Source: Thalia democratica
Lineage: Eukaryota
DNA length: 64,000 nucleotides
Direction of reading: 5' to 3'
NCBI GenBank assembly: GCA_965202585.1
Contig: OZ241834.1
Span: 21,576,001-21,640,000, forward strand
The notes below the pieces were generated by a model. It did no database searches and had not been told where the DNA came from. It saw only the letters and a program-made list of their open reading frames with translations. Below are positions 37,983 through 51,633 of this stretch, piece after piece. Both the position numbers and the translations under genes were made by a program. How positions within the stretch are numbered: the first letter of the stretch is position 1; each line of letters starts with the position of its first letter.

Positions 37983-39094
37983 TTTTCGAAATCAGTGAAT
38001 CAAGATTTTATTAAATCATACAGTTTAGTTTGAAATCCAAAACAGTTTAAAGATAAATCTAAAACGTCATATTGGGTTTATTCAAAAACAGATATTTTTC
38101 TTGTAATTTTAATGACTTATTTTCGTATAATTTCGTGTTTGTTTTTTTAGATAATATTTTTGTCAAATATAAAGATCGATCAAGCAGTGTTGTAAAAATC
38201 TAAAAGCAAAACAAATTTACTTAGAAAGAAAAAACAAGTAACAAGATATTGAATTGTTTTTTTTATAGTTTCGTGTGTTGCTATGTATACATTTATCCAA
38301 GAGTCGGCAGCCTTTTATAAGTAATGGGCCAGTTTTTTAGGAAAATTTGCTCGCAGACCGAAATTTTTAAAAGTATTTTTAGTATTCTGTAAAAACTTAA
38401 ACGAGTATCAACAAACTTAAACTATACTTCCCTTCATCAAGCTTCTTAGTTTTTTTAATTTTAGTTGTTGTTTAGTTTCGTAAAATACATACTAATAACT
38501 AGAAATACAAAAGTTAGTTTTATAGGTTTTTGATTGGTTAAAAATTACAGAAACTGTATAAATAACTGATTCAGGTATGTTTAAACAGCGACAAAGTGCT
38601 ATCAGCGTAAACTTATTGATTTAGGTATGTTTAAACTTAAATTACGAATAAGCTAATTTAAAGACAATAAAACAAAATTCTATAATTCGCGTTTTTAAAG
38701 CATAAAACAAAACCTGAAAAATCAGCTTTATACATTTCAGAGACATGAGAGATTTACTAGAATAAATTGATTGAATGAAAAATATATAGGTTGTAGATAG
38801 ATAGTAGTTTCGTATGAACTAGGAGTAAACTGACCCTACACTTAAAGATAGTACTTGCTGTTTATATTTATTAGGTCTCTCATGAAATTAATCCAGTCTA
38901 AGTTATAGCAAGTACTATTATAATATTATTATATTTTAACTATTACTAAAATTTCATTCAATGAGTCAATGTTTCTTTAGTATACGTGTACTTACAAGTT
39001 TTTTTTACTATAGTTTGTTGAAAAGTGTAAAATAGTTAAATTACTAACTAAATCATTATAAAAGTATGAACTAAAAATATCGGTATAATAATAA

Positions 39095-39336
39095 TTCTCC
39101 ACCTTGATCATTTCCCACCCACGCTTAATTCCCACCCAAAATTTATTATGATTTTCTACATTTTCTTTATTTTTTATTTACTACGTACATTTTTAGTTTT
39201 TATTTTATTTATTTTTTACTATCACTGTTACTCTTAACTTAACCCTTACCCTTGGCCAGTAAGCAGTTCTCGGATTTGATAGGGTGGGAGTTAATTAAGT
39301 GAGAATTGTGCGCGGGTGGGAAATGAGTGGTTCCCA
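39095..39336 (-). mobile_element. Short interspersed element (CCCACCC subterminal inverted repeats); same family as 41761-41980
   Basis: Reverse complement begins gggaaccactcatttcccacccgcg...caaatccgagaactgcttactggccaagggtaa, aligning with gggaaccgctcatttccaacccgcg...caaatcggagaaccgcttaccgaccaagggtaa at 41761. Confidence 0.7.
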
Positions 39337-41202
39337 AAAAAAATCTTTGGTAGTTTTTGTACTTATTTTCATTTTATAAGCAAATTATTGTCGCAAATAA
39401 TTTTAATGTTTTTTTATGATTGTATACGCAGTTTATCTTGTTAATTCTATAGGTTTTTTAATTATAAAATTAAGTTTTACAATTTAAAAACAATAGAAAG
39501 GATTTTTTATTTTCTTGAAGTAAAAAGAGCTAACTATTTTTACAATTTAATAAAAGTAAATAGGCCCAAGTTTTTATTGTAAGCAAAAATGTATTCTGCT
39601 TTTTAAATGCTACTAATTTAATTTTTTTGTAAATAAATATTGCATATTTTAATTTTATTTACTTCTTCTTCTTGTTCATAAAAGGTACAAGTTTCCAATT
39701 TTTAAAGACACGTCTATAACCTTCTTTGTTTTATCATCAAAAAATAAAAGTAGCGAAAATAATAATAAAACTATATTAGTAAAAAATAAAAGGTGTTTAG
39801 CTCGATGACCGAAAAGTTCTTCTATACAGCAGATCGTTTGGCCAAAGTTTTTAAGTGTTGATTTCTTTATCGTGTTCAGTAAACTGTTTATAACTAAAAG
39901 ACCCCATAAAGACACAGAATCTAAGCAAACTCGAAGCACAAAAAAAAACTACAGAGTTACATACTTTTACAAACAGTATTTGACCTGTATTGTAAAGGAT
40001 AAAAAATATTTATAAACTTTTATCGTTTGTATAACTTTAAAAAAATATTACGGAAGACTCCATTCGTCTATAACAAAATTGTTTGAAAATCTATTAATCA
40101 AAAACTATTTACCTATCTTACTTATTAAATTATAAAAGCATACTTATACGTATAAAGTAAGTATTAAAATTAAGCTTAATAGTGTAGTTAAGCAATAATT
40201 GTTATAAAAAACCATAATTATTTAAATCTGAAAAGATCTTGGTAGGAAACAATGATCTAGATCTAAAATTGAAAAGGAGATCCAGTAGTAGTTTTTGTTA
40301 AAACATTTATTTTTATTGTTATTCATTTCAAAATGATTAGTAACCTAACAGACATGGATTAAAATATTAGTACAATTTTTTATGATATATTTTGTAAATA
40401 AAATTGTTGTTACTGTTCGGTCCCAATTAAACTTAGAGCACATCGAATTTGTGAAAAACTTGAGTTTTGTTAGTTTTAAGCAAGTTATTAACCTTTATAT
40501 ATGTCATCTTTTATTTAAAATTTACGCTTTAAGTTTAACGTTATTCAAACTAACTTAAGCCTTTAGAAATGTTTTAAAAATACTAGAGCTTGTATATATT
40601 GCTAGCTTTGTAAAAATATTTTAATCTTTTTAAAGTAAAAGCATCAAAATATTTGAATTTAAAGTTATATAGCTAAAAAAAATTAATAAAGTTTGTAAAA
40701 TTACTTTTGTCAATTAAACATTTTTAACTTTATTAACAATACAATGTTTCACTCGCTTGAACCTAATCAGACGAGACCATCAGTTGAATAAAACCTGTAA
40801 ACTTTTTATATAAACATGCAAGAAGACATTAGGCTAAACTTGAAATAAAACTAAAACAAAAAACCAGATAAAACTTATAGTTTAAACCTATCAATTTAAG
40901 AAAATCATAGTGTTATCAGTTTAGTTTATGTTAATATTTGATAAATGTAAGCTACTTATTAATACAATAGCTAAAATATTTTTAAATATTGTATAATTAA
41001 ATACAGTTATATAAAAATGTTTACAGATTTTATTTTACTTAACTTACTTTTGTTTTAGTTTTCATCAAAACTGAAACTTGTAACTCATTTAAAGCTTGTT
41101 AACTTTTAGTTAACATGCTGCATAGCTCATTTTTGATTTTAAAACATATATTACAAATGTTATTTCCACATAGAAGGAAAATTCTAAAAAAAAATCTGTG
41201 CT

Positions 41203-41309
41203 AAAGTGTCACACCGTGATAAATGTTCACTCCGTGCTAAATTGTCACTCTGTGCTAAAGTGTCACTCTGTACTAAAGTGACGCCGTGCTTTTCTGACCC
41301 GTTGCCCTT
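41203..41309 (+). repeat. Five diverged 18-bp tandem repeats ending in a MITE-like terminus
   Basis: aaagtgtcactc(c/t)gtgct units followed by acccgttgccc, resembling the acccgttaccc end at 35301-35311. Confidence 0.65.
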
Positions 41310-41760
41310 TGTATCAGCCTTGATATTTTTATTTATTTATTTTCTCAGAATTCAAACTTTACGTTTAAGCACTCACATCAAAACTAAACCTTATGTTCTA
41401 CTGTAAGAAATAAACATTAAACAAAATCGTAAATTTTGAATAATAAGTGTGCTTTTTCTATTGTTAAACATAATATAAATTATATTTAGTATATTGAGAT
41501 CATTAGATAATGTGTAAACTAAATTTTAGAATTTGTCGTATTTACTTTGTAAAAAATTATGTTGCTTTACGGGGTGTGTGTGTATGAAGTTGTCTTAAGT
41601 TATTAAATATATATTTTGCATGTATATTGTTGTTCTTATGTTCAAAAGTTGTATTTAAATTACTGACTTTTATGATTAATTGACTATTTTTTATTAATAT
41701 ATGAAAAAAAGTTATTTGGTATAGGTATAAACACATGTATATATAACTGTATTTTAACAG

Positions 41761-41980
41761 GGAACCGCTCATTTCCAACCCGCGATCTAATCCCACTCGA
41801 TCACACCCCACCCGGTCAAATCGGAGAACCGCTTACCGACCAAGGGTAACGGTTGAGGGTAACACTGAAAGTAAAAAATAAATAAATAATAGATGAAAGT
41901 AAAACAAAAACATTAAAAAGTGAAAAAAAAAAAAAAAAAAAAAAAATGGGTGGGATTTGATCGGGTGGAAAATGTTAGTG
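41761..41980 (+). mobile_element. Second copy of the GGGAACC-terminated element
   Basis: See 39095-39336. Inverted gggtgg(g)a motifs at the 3' end; internal A-run. Confidence 0.7.
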
Positions 41981-42765
41981 TATCATTTTTACATTAATAA
42001 GAGAATTTATTTAAACACTTTTAATGATAATTATTATTTCTAGCTATTTTAGATAACATATAGTTAAGCAAAACTAAAACTAATTCAAATTTATACAGCA
42101 TTTTTATATAAAAATATACTTTCGTAACAAATACTAGTTAGGTAATTCAAAGCAATTGTTTATAATAACCCATTATACTTATTTACTTGTAAATATAATT
42201 AGTAATTTAGTAGTAAATGTCAAACTTTAAAAAGTATGCATCTAATTTCGCAATTACCTGTGCTGCATAAAAATGTTAAGTATATATTATTATTGGAGTA
42301 TACATCATTATTGTATATCAAATAAAATTTTAAATCAATGTTTAGTTGATTATTATAATAGTAATTAAATAGAACGATACCAATGTACAATTTTTAAATA
42401 AAGAAAATCTACAAACTGTTTATGCTGATTAAAAAATTCAACTAAATAATTTAGTTTTTATTTAAAATTGTTTATTACGGTATTGGATGAAGTATTTATT
42501 TTAAGGTAAATAAATTTAAGATTATGAACTAATACTTTTATGAATAATTTATATAAGTGATTTTAATTATAATTTTTTCATATACAAGTCTAATTGCGTA
42601 TCATCACCCATTAAAAATTAATCGGTATATATTGCATCGTTTTTATTGCAGGCATTGCAAATAAACATTTTTCTATAAATAATTTTTTCAAACTTTTTTT
42701 TATTAACAGGTTTTATAACTACTAAAGTAATCTTTTTAACTTAACCATAATTTAAATTCTACAAA

Positions 42766-42835
42766 ACCATAATTGCTATTACATAATCAATACTAAAAAA
42801 CCATAATTGCTATTACATAGTCAATACTAAAAAAA
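42766..42835 (+). repeat. ~35-bp direct tandem duplication
   Basis: aaaaccataattgctattacata(a/g)tcaatactaaaa occurs twice. Confidence 0.85.
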
Positions 42836-44899
42836 AAAGTTTAAAGAATAAACTACATTAAACTACGACAAAGTTAATAGTTAGGTTAAGTCAAGTTTAA
42901 TGGTTTTACTTTATAAGCAACTAAGCTCGAAAATGTTAAAAAATTTTAATATGACTGTTTGTAATAATTCATGTAGGGTGCATCTGGTGCCCCTTAAAAA
43001 TATTTTATTTTTAGTAGCAAGGTGACTAATTTTCTATTAGCGTAGCAAATCTTACAGAAGCAACAGCACAAAAATTACTAGCCTTCTCGCTGTTACCAAA
43101 ATCTAGCATTCTTATTGATTTACAAAAACAAAGATAACAGTAAATATCAGCATTCATTCAAAACATTTTAGATATTTTTCGATGAATAAACGCAAGTAGT
43201 AACTTATCATAAACAAAAAAAGATTATAGCTGTTAATATTTGTTTTACTTTTTATAACACAGCAGTAAGATTTATAAGCGTGTGCTAGTTCTAAAAGAAT
43301 TTAAAACTAGTAAACAAAGTTCGATATAACCGAAAGTGTAAACATAAAAAGGATTCTAAACTTATAATGAGATAAATACGATGCTTATATAACTTTACTT
43401 AACTTATAAAAGATAGTAAATTCAATTACTTCAACTTACAAAAACTGATAAAATTTCTAATTGACATTAGATATATACTGAAGAAAGAATATATTTTTTT
43501 TTAAATACACCAGAAGATTTTAACAATTGTTTCACAAACATTCCTTTATTGTCAACGCACCAGCAACGTTGTTTATGCACTGAAAATAATTATTTACTTA
43601 TAAGTAATTTTAATTGGAATTCAAAAGGTTATTTTAAGTGTGAAACAACAGGTTTTGCTTCAAACTAGCATGATATTTTTGTAAGTATTTAAATTTGTAC
43701 TTCATTTAGTCTTTCAAAATTATAATTTCATTTATTCTTTTATAATTAAAACCAATGAAATTCTTTTCAAAATGAAGACTCTTGTTTTAAAACTATTGAT
43801 ATTCTTTTAGCAACGTATTGATAGATGAAAAAAAAAAGATAAATATTTTTCAGATAAAGTTTAAACTCTGTTTATTTGAAACTAGTAAAAACTTTGATAA
43901 AAAATGCTTTATAAAACTACTATGAGTTAAATTTAGAATTGTACGACCAAATTATTTAACTTTTAAATTCAAAATAAGAAGTAACTTTAAAATAAAATAC
44001 AGATTTAAACCAATTTATTATAATAAAACTTTATGTAAAACCCACAAATTATAGCCTTTCTTTAAAGATTAATACCTTGTTCTAATTCTTTTTTTTTTAA
44101 GTTTACTTGCGTAGCTTTGAATTAGTTGCTTAAGCAAAAATTTTATAATTAGTTGGTAATTAATATTCCGTTAAGCGACTCACAATTTTCTCAGTAGTTT
44201 TATATAAACCATCCGGATTACAAAACGACTTCCAATACTTGTAACTTTCTTTTTTTTTTCAGTGCTTTTCTTAGGTGAGTATTGCAAGGTAGCTGTGCAG
44301 AAATTATATCAAAAAGTCTTGAATTTAAATAAAAAAATTAAAACTTAAAAAAACTTATGATTGTTACTACTACGAAAAGTTTTCTTTATTACAAACACAA
44401 GAAAGTTATTTCTAATACAATGTTTCAGTTTTTAAGCACTGTTTATGTGTTCAACATTTAAAAGAATAGAGTATAACCAAAATAAGTGTCATTTTTTAGC
44501 TTTAGTATGTAAAACTTACTTCTTTTTTAGAGAATTTCATCGGCAATGTTTTAGTTCTTTCGATTTGTTTTTTGCTCTTTTAAGCTTTTTTAATTTTTTA
44601 TCATTACGGTGTCGTTTTGGCTTTTCGGTCGTGTAATCTGCTTTTTTTAAAAGTTTACTTTTTTAACTATTTTCTTTGGTTATATAAGCAACTCTTTATT
44701 TTAATTTCGCACAAAGCATATAGCATTTTTAAACCATACTTTTGTGCTTCAACTTATTAATTTGAACACAGTTTACTTAAAAGTAGATTGGAATCTACCA
44801 CTTTACAGGCTACAAAGCTAAGTTACCCTTTAGTTTACTAATTAATTAATTATATATTTACGTTTATTCTAAATTTTTTTAGAATTAATATGGTAAATT

Positions 44900-45893
44900 A
44901 CCTTTCATTGAAACTACAGACGTCACATCAGGTTTACTTTCACCTGTTTTTTCAGTCGCTTTTTCCACAGCTGCCGTTCCTTTATCTCCTCCAAAAAGCT
45001 TTACTCCCCGTTTTCATTTAGCTTTATTTTTTTCAACTATTCAACAAACTCTCTCGTCATATTTTTTCTACAAAATTCATCTCGCATACCGTTTGCATAG
45101 TACGCATGAACACCAAAATATCCCAGATTTGTTCCAAACACGCCGGCGAACGAAATGTTGCCGCAGTCCTTGTAAACTACACTTTTTTCTCCGTCGCCTC
45201 CAAAATTCAACACATCTTGGTCGTGTTGAAACTCGTCAAACTTCATGTCGGTGACCTGCTCGATCAAATCTGATCGTACTCATCCCAAAACTCTTTTTCG
45301 AACTCCGACACTCATGTTTCTTTTGCGACTTCTTCCATTTGGTATCTAGTTTTGATTAACGCCAGCAGCTTGCTCCTCTCATATCGGTTCGTTAGAAAAC
45401 CAACTGGTCTGTACTCACTCTACCGTTCACCGTTTGAGTTGAAATCTTTCAAAGGCATTACTTTAAAACCGTTTGATGCGGAAGCGTACAAGAACTCCCA
45501 CGTTATGCCCGTCGACCTATTGGTAGGCAATTTCGTTTTCTTCAACTTTTCTTATTTTCCGCGAGCCACCTACTTTGATCAGATAGCCGTTGAAATACGA
45601 CGTCAGGTTATGTTTAGAAGACAAATCGTATTCAGTTATTTTGCTTCTACAGTAACTTTTTTTGATATTATTACGTTTATCATTTCTTGGATAGCCCGAA
45701 AAGATGTTTTCAAGAGACCCCCATTAAACTCAGTCATGAAAACGTCGTCAAATTCAGAGTTTGTGTGTCTTTCGATAGCAAGCTTTTTGTAGAAATACAT
45801 GTCGAGAATCCATAAGTAAGTCGGTAAGTATTCTTTAATCGCTTCAGAAATAACTTCGATTTTTATCAGATTCATTTCGTTCCACGGTAACTG
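44900..45893 (-). pseudogene. Decayed ~1-kb protein-coding exon of unknown family
   Basis: Bounded by acceptor tttcag|TTACCG (~45893) and donor ATGAAAG|gtaatt (~44900). Coding-like frames (MNLIKIEV..., CRSKITEYDL..., SEYRPVGFLTNRY..., MKFDEFQHDQDVLNFGGDGEKSVVYKDCGNISFAGVFGTNLGYFGVHAYY) are broken by several TAG/TGA stops and at least three frame switches. Confidence 0.55.
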
Positions 45894-46899
45894 AAATGTT
45901 AAAGAGTAGGAAAAAGCGCCAAAGCTAAAAGTGTAAATGCTTTCATTTTGTTTTTGACTTAATCTACGAGAAAACTTAAAGTTTAAACTTTTGTTTTTCT
46001 AAATTTTACGGTGTATTTAATCGGACAGTCAAGTGCTAAAGTCTTACTACTTTCGTATTTAAACTTATTCTTTTTATTGTTTATAATTAAGTTAACGGAA
46101 CGACATAAAAAAGACGCTAAAAGTATTTGTCTGGTGCACGAAATATTTAATTACAAAACTTTTTGTAACTTAGATATGAAAAGTAGAAACAAAGTTGTCT
46201 TTTATTTATCTAAATTATCTATCTTCATAATATTCACTTTTCTTCAATAAACAAAAACTTTACAACAAATATGTGTTGGTAATATTACTCACAATTATCT
46301 CACAAAAGTGTTTTTTTTTTTACATAAACAGAGTTTTTCGTACGTACAACTTCATTTTCAGGACTAGTCTTTTTAAAGTGTTGAAAACAAAAGTCTTTGT
46401 ATCTATTACTTGTTAAAAAATTGTATAATAATAAGCGTAAAGAAAAAATAGTAGTAATAATAATAATCTTAATATGTCTTTAATTTATATAAAGTTAACT
46501 AGAATCTTATGAGAAATTTGCGTTAACTTAATTTCTATTCCTTTATTTAAATGCTTTAAGTAATGTAACAAGTTAAAAATTTTTGTATGGCTTTATTCAA
46601 TACCAGTTTTCTTTTTGAGATAAAAAACTACTACTATTGATAAGTTTTGACTATTATTTCAGCTATGTTTCTACATAGAATATAATTTTAAAATAGTGTT
46701 ATATAATAAACATTATAAATAAAACAATTATTTCTCACTGTTCAATCTTAGAGAAATTATTACTAAACTTTCTCTTCGTATTTAATAATTTTATTAGTCC
46801 AAACATACTAAATTGTAATATTTATGTAGGAAATATAGTATATAGTTTAGTTTAAAGATGTATATTTTCCATATTTACGAGTTCAATATAATTATTTTC

Positions 46900-47815
46900 C
46901 AATTACATTACAACCCTCCTTTCAGTAATTGTATAAAGACGAATATTGGGAAGTAATTTCTAAAATTAGTATCCAGACATTTCCCTAAATCAGGCTTTTA
47001 TGGTTCTATATTTAATAGAAATACAATTAAGATTTCATATTCTTGCATGCCCAATTTGGAAAAAGAATTGTCCAATCACAACCAGAAATTACTTCAAAAC
47101 TCAAATAAAACAACTGAAGAAAACTGCAAATTATGCAATTGTAGATCAAAAAATAGTAGTCCAGTTAAAGGTGAATGTCTTACTAAAGGATTCATTTATA
47201 AAGCAACAGTTATGCATAACAAAAAAGAACATATTTACATTGGTTCAACTGGAAGACAATTCAAAAGTAGATTTTACGAACATACGCAATCCTATAAAAA
47301 TGTAAAGAAAAAATGAAGCACAAGATTAAGTGGATTCATTCACAAAATCGAAAATTGCAACCCTGATTTGAGAAAAATGATAAAATGGGAAATTATTCAT
47401 CGCAGTAACCAAAATAAGCCTAGTAAAATTTGCATCCGATGTAATTTGGTGAGACTCGAAATTGCATTTGCAGACAACAACAAACTTTTAAACTTGAGAT
47501 CAGAATTGGTGGGAAAATGTAGACATTTTACAAAATTTTATTTAAAGTCTTAATTTACTAAATTTAAGTTTAATCTACCTTTGTTTTCATTATGTAGTTT
47601 TGTTTTGTCGTTTAATATTTGTTATAATTGTATTTACGTTAATTATAATTTATCTTGCTTAATATTACTAAAATTTAATTAATTAACCAATCACCTAATC
47701 AACTAATTACTTATCTGAAACTATATAAAATTTTTGTCCGTTGCAACTTGTTAGTTTGTTTACTTTTTTACTTGTGATCATCGCTCTAGCGTGAAACAAT
47801 TGTTTAGTAATAAAC
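46900..47815 (+). mobile_element. 5'-truncated, inactivated Penelope-like retroelement (RT thumb end + GIY-YIG endonuclease + 3' hammerhead)
   Basis: HYNPPFS..KTNIGK*FLKL..HFPK and IFNRNTIKISYSCMPNL are followed by CNCR..CL..FIYKA..YIGSTGRQFKSRFYEH and CNLVRLE..LLNLRSELVGKCRH, all typical of Penelope ORFs. Contains an in-frame stop and a frameshift near 47316. Confidence 0.88.
47766..47812 (+). ncRNA. Minimal type-I hammerhead ribozyme motif (G3-C8 core variant), degenerate at the cleavage site
   Basis: TTACTT-GTGATCA-TCGC tcta GCGT-GAA-AC aatt GT T-TAGTAA, about 220 nt after the Penelope ORF end. Palindromic AAACAATTGTTT spans helix III. Confidence 0.65.
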
Positions 47816-49164
47816 TTTTTAACAATTTAACTTTTGTCATAATTGTATAAAAGCTCCTTAATTGTTAAGCTCTTTAAAAATTTATTGTTTTAACTCCAAT
47901 AAATACATTACAAAAAAAAATTGTGTTATATCAATAAAATTGCATTAAATTAAATCAAAAAAAAAATCTGCTACAAATATTAAACTTGTTGAAACTTAAG
48001 AAACTTTTTAAGTAAAACTCATTACCGAAAATATAGCTTTCAAACTTTAACAGAATCTTTCAAATAAATAAAGTCATAGTTACTTTTGTAAGTTTACAAA
48101 TAATTTTACATAGACCTTATTTAATTTTAAGTAGTGTATAACTTTGCATTAATGAATGTTAAAATTTAAACAGTAAAACGTTTATTTAACTTTTGCAAAC
48201 TGTTTTGACAATAACAGGTTTAAGCTTAGTTTACATTTATAAATAGTATTTGTTTCTTTGGTTAAACAAAATATACACATATAATTTGTTCGTGTTATTA
48301 TTATTCATTATTGTTGCTTTTTTTTTTCTAATTAAGTGCACAAGTATTACAGTACTTATCTTTATATTTTATTTATAAAAGTTAAGTTCAGTTAATGAAG
48401 AATCAACTTCTTTAAAAATATCAAGAATTATACAATAGTTTATTAATCTGTTTAAATGTAAAAGTATCAAAAAAAAATTACACTTTTTGCACAAAATCCT
48501 AATGAAATTTAACATACTAATATTTCCGCGTATTACGATTTTACCTTCTTTAAAGAATTTGTAACCTATCATTTAATTTGTAACCAATTCACATGTTTGG
48601 CATTAGTATTGTATATCTCCTTTTATAAGTTGACTTAAAGTTATATTTTTTTTTAGCTCTTGTGTTATAAGACAAGTTTCAAAGTATATTTTTAAACTAA
48701 AAATTATGTTAGTTTTTGTTTAGTTTTTTTATCTTTCAATTCGTTTAATTCACTTTTTTATTACTAAAGATTTAAATACTTAGTTGTTTTACAAAATACT
48801 TAATGTAATTAGAAGTAAATTTTTGTTAATAACTGTGCAAAGTTGTAAACTACTGAAATGTGTGTTAACAAAGATTATTTAACGTGCATTTTATTAATAA
48901 CTTACAAAATTAAAGAAGAACCCAATATAAAACAGTATTCCATAGTTTTAAGTTTTAACTAGTTATCACTTACAAATGTAGAAAACAACCGTGATATTTT
49001 TACTATGAAGATTTACTCATCATAAACACACAACCTGTTTTTTAATTTTTTGAATTTTAGCGGTAAAATTACTAGAATAACTTTTATCAGGTATGTAAAT
49101 GGAATAAGTCAAAATACATAACTCTTGACAAAATCATGCTTATAAATATTAAAAATAAAAACAT

Positions 49165-49239
49165 ACTCGCGGACGCGGGCCGCAGATTTACTTTTTGAGG
49201 GCCTCAACTGGCTAGCGGGCGACGTGTTGCTGACCCCTG
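49165..49239 (-). mobile_element. Partial copy of the Charlie-like MITE found at 58539-58886
   Basis: gcgggccgcagatt...tttgagggcc...gacccctg is the reverse complement of the 5' end caggggtc...ggccctcaaa...aatctgcggcccgc. Confidence 0.7.
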
Positions 49240-50239
49240 ATATAGAAAAATAAACACGAAATTATACGAAAAAAAGTCATAAAAATTACAAGAAAAGTTT
49301 TTGTACTTTGAACAAACTCACTATGACGTTTAAACTTTTTTTTAAAACTCTTTTGAATTTCAAACTAAATAATATGAATTAACAAAATCTTAATTTACTG
49401 ACTTCGGAAAATAAATCTTTAAGAAATTGCATTTATTTTTAAAGTCATCTTACCTAATAAGTAATAACTACTCAATTCATGAGGTTTTAATAAAACCATT
49501 GAATATTTCTAAAAAGCCTGAAATGGCTAAGAAGCAAGACTGTTTATTTAGATTCGTTCAGAGAATGTTTCGAATCAGAATTTAGCGAAGAATACCGAAA
49601 GAAAAAGCTTTTCTCGATGGTTTTATGAACACATTTAATCCAAAAGTTCTAGAAATCAAACTATTATGTTGATACAATCTTTAAATTTTACCCTGCGTTA
49701 AGGATTGTTAATGGTAAATTCTCTATAACACTTCAAGTGGTTTGATTAAGTAAATCTATATGTAAACTTGAAGTTAAGAATTTGAACAAAGCATGCAACT
49801 GTATAATTGTCACACACACATAGTATACATAGTTATAGTTACAAATATAAACAACCTGTAGTAAACAAACAAAAATAATCAAAATTACGAAGAAATTTTG
49901 TAATTGTTTAATTTCATGAGGTTATGGAAAGTTTGTTTAAGTTACTAGATGACAATTTTCTAAATGAATTTATATGTATTTAAGGTTCAAGTATTTAGTT
50001 TCACATATAGTTATTTTAAATTAAGAACATTAAATTGAAAAAGAAAGAAAAAAGAATGTGAATTCTCACAACTATGGTAAATGAATTGTTGAAAAGAATA
50101 AGCTTTAGGTCATCAAACCTCACATCATATATTTTCTAAACAATTTTTAAGTTTTAAATAAAACAGTAATTAATAAAGACTTTTTAATATCAAACATGTA
50201 TTATGTACTTTATGTTTAAAAACTTTTTTGAATTAAACT

Positions 50240-50495
50240 ATTAAAGTACTTTATATTCAACAATTGTCAACTTAAATTGTCAAAGTAAGCTTATGCTGTT
50301 TCACCTAGAAGGATCTTCAGAGATTTTTCAAGTGACAATAAAATGATACAAAGCACACAACTATATATAATGAGAAAGTAATTAATTGGTAATTAATTGA
50401 TTAGTAATTAATTAATTAGTAATAAGCTCTGAAAATCCTTCTAGGTGAAACAGCGTAAACTTAAGTTGACAATTGTTGAATAAAAAGTATTTTAA
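50240..50495. mobile_element. MITE/foldback element with ~65-bp imperfect TIRs
   Basis: ttattcaacaattgtcaacttaa...gctgtttcacctagaaggat(c/t)ttcagag is repeated in inverted orientation. Confidence 0.7.
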
Positions 50496-51633
50496 TTATT
50501 AAGCTCTTACACATTTAGCACTTTATTTTATATAGTTTTATAACTTATATGGATTAAAAATTAATAAAACAAAAAATTTGGTTACAGAGATATATGTTCT
50601 ACTTGCTAATAATCTATATCTACTGTGGTTGAGTTAGTTTTACTACCTGGTGTTTTTTGATTTTAAAATTTGTTTGTTTATAATAGTTTAGAAAATATAG
50701 TTTATTAAACTTTAATGCATAAACTGTTGGCTTTTTTTCATCATCTACCATACTACCTTAATATTAATTTACTACTTTTGCTAAAAACCAATATATATAT
50801 TTCAAAGATCTATAAAATAAACAAAACAAAGAAATTGTTGAAAATATTATCAGATAACTTAGATTTACTTATGCAATTATATAATTCTCGTCAGAGTGTT
50901 ACCTTTATTATGTGAAATCTAAGAAACACAAATGTTATATGAAATATAAATAAAATTGAAAAAACTCTGTTAGTTTTATTTATCATAAGTATACCTGACA
51001 GCAAAGAAGCAGTATTGAGTCTAAGCAATTAACTTAATTTTATACTCTTTCTAAGGGATTTCAGTTGTTATTAGTTGTAATAATTTTGTTACTCTTGCCT
51101 AATAAACTTTATTATGGATTTAATTGAATACTTTGTTTCATTTTAAATTATAACTATTTTGTTTTAATCTTTTATTATTAATGTAGTTCTTATATATTAC
51201 AGAGTATTTTTAGCAAGCCTGCTATAATATTTTAATCAATTGGTGCTTTACAATTAATTTTAATGACTATTTTTATAACATCAAAATAATGAATGTAATA
51301 ATTTTTTTAAAGATAGGGCGGCCAATGGTTTGTTAAAAAATTCTTCCAGGTTTTCTAGCTTTTTCAAAAATTTTAGAAGTACAAATTTTCTAGTCTTTCT
51401 TACTAGATAACTAAATTTAAGATTAAAAGTTGTATTAAATAGAATAAAGTGACTATATTATTTTAATTCTGTTTAATAAGAAAATCTTAATAAAATTACA
51501 ATTTTTTGGGTGTATAACAGTTATTACTTAATGATTTGAATTTAATAAATTTACATGAAAAAATTGTTCAAAATTTCCAGGTTTATTTTGCTTAAATTGA
51601 AAATTTCTAGTTAAAATGGCCACTAGGGTGGTT

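Noticed and set aside
41203-41290. Regular 18-bp repeats as a CRISPR-like array
   Set aside because: Head-to-tail repeats without unique spacers, in a eukaryotic MITE context.
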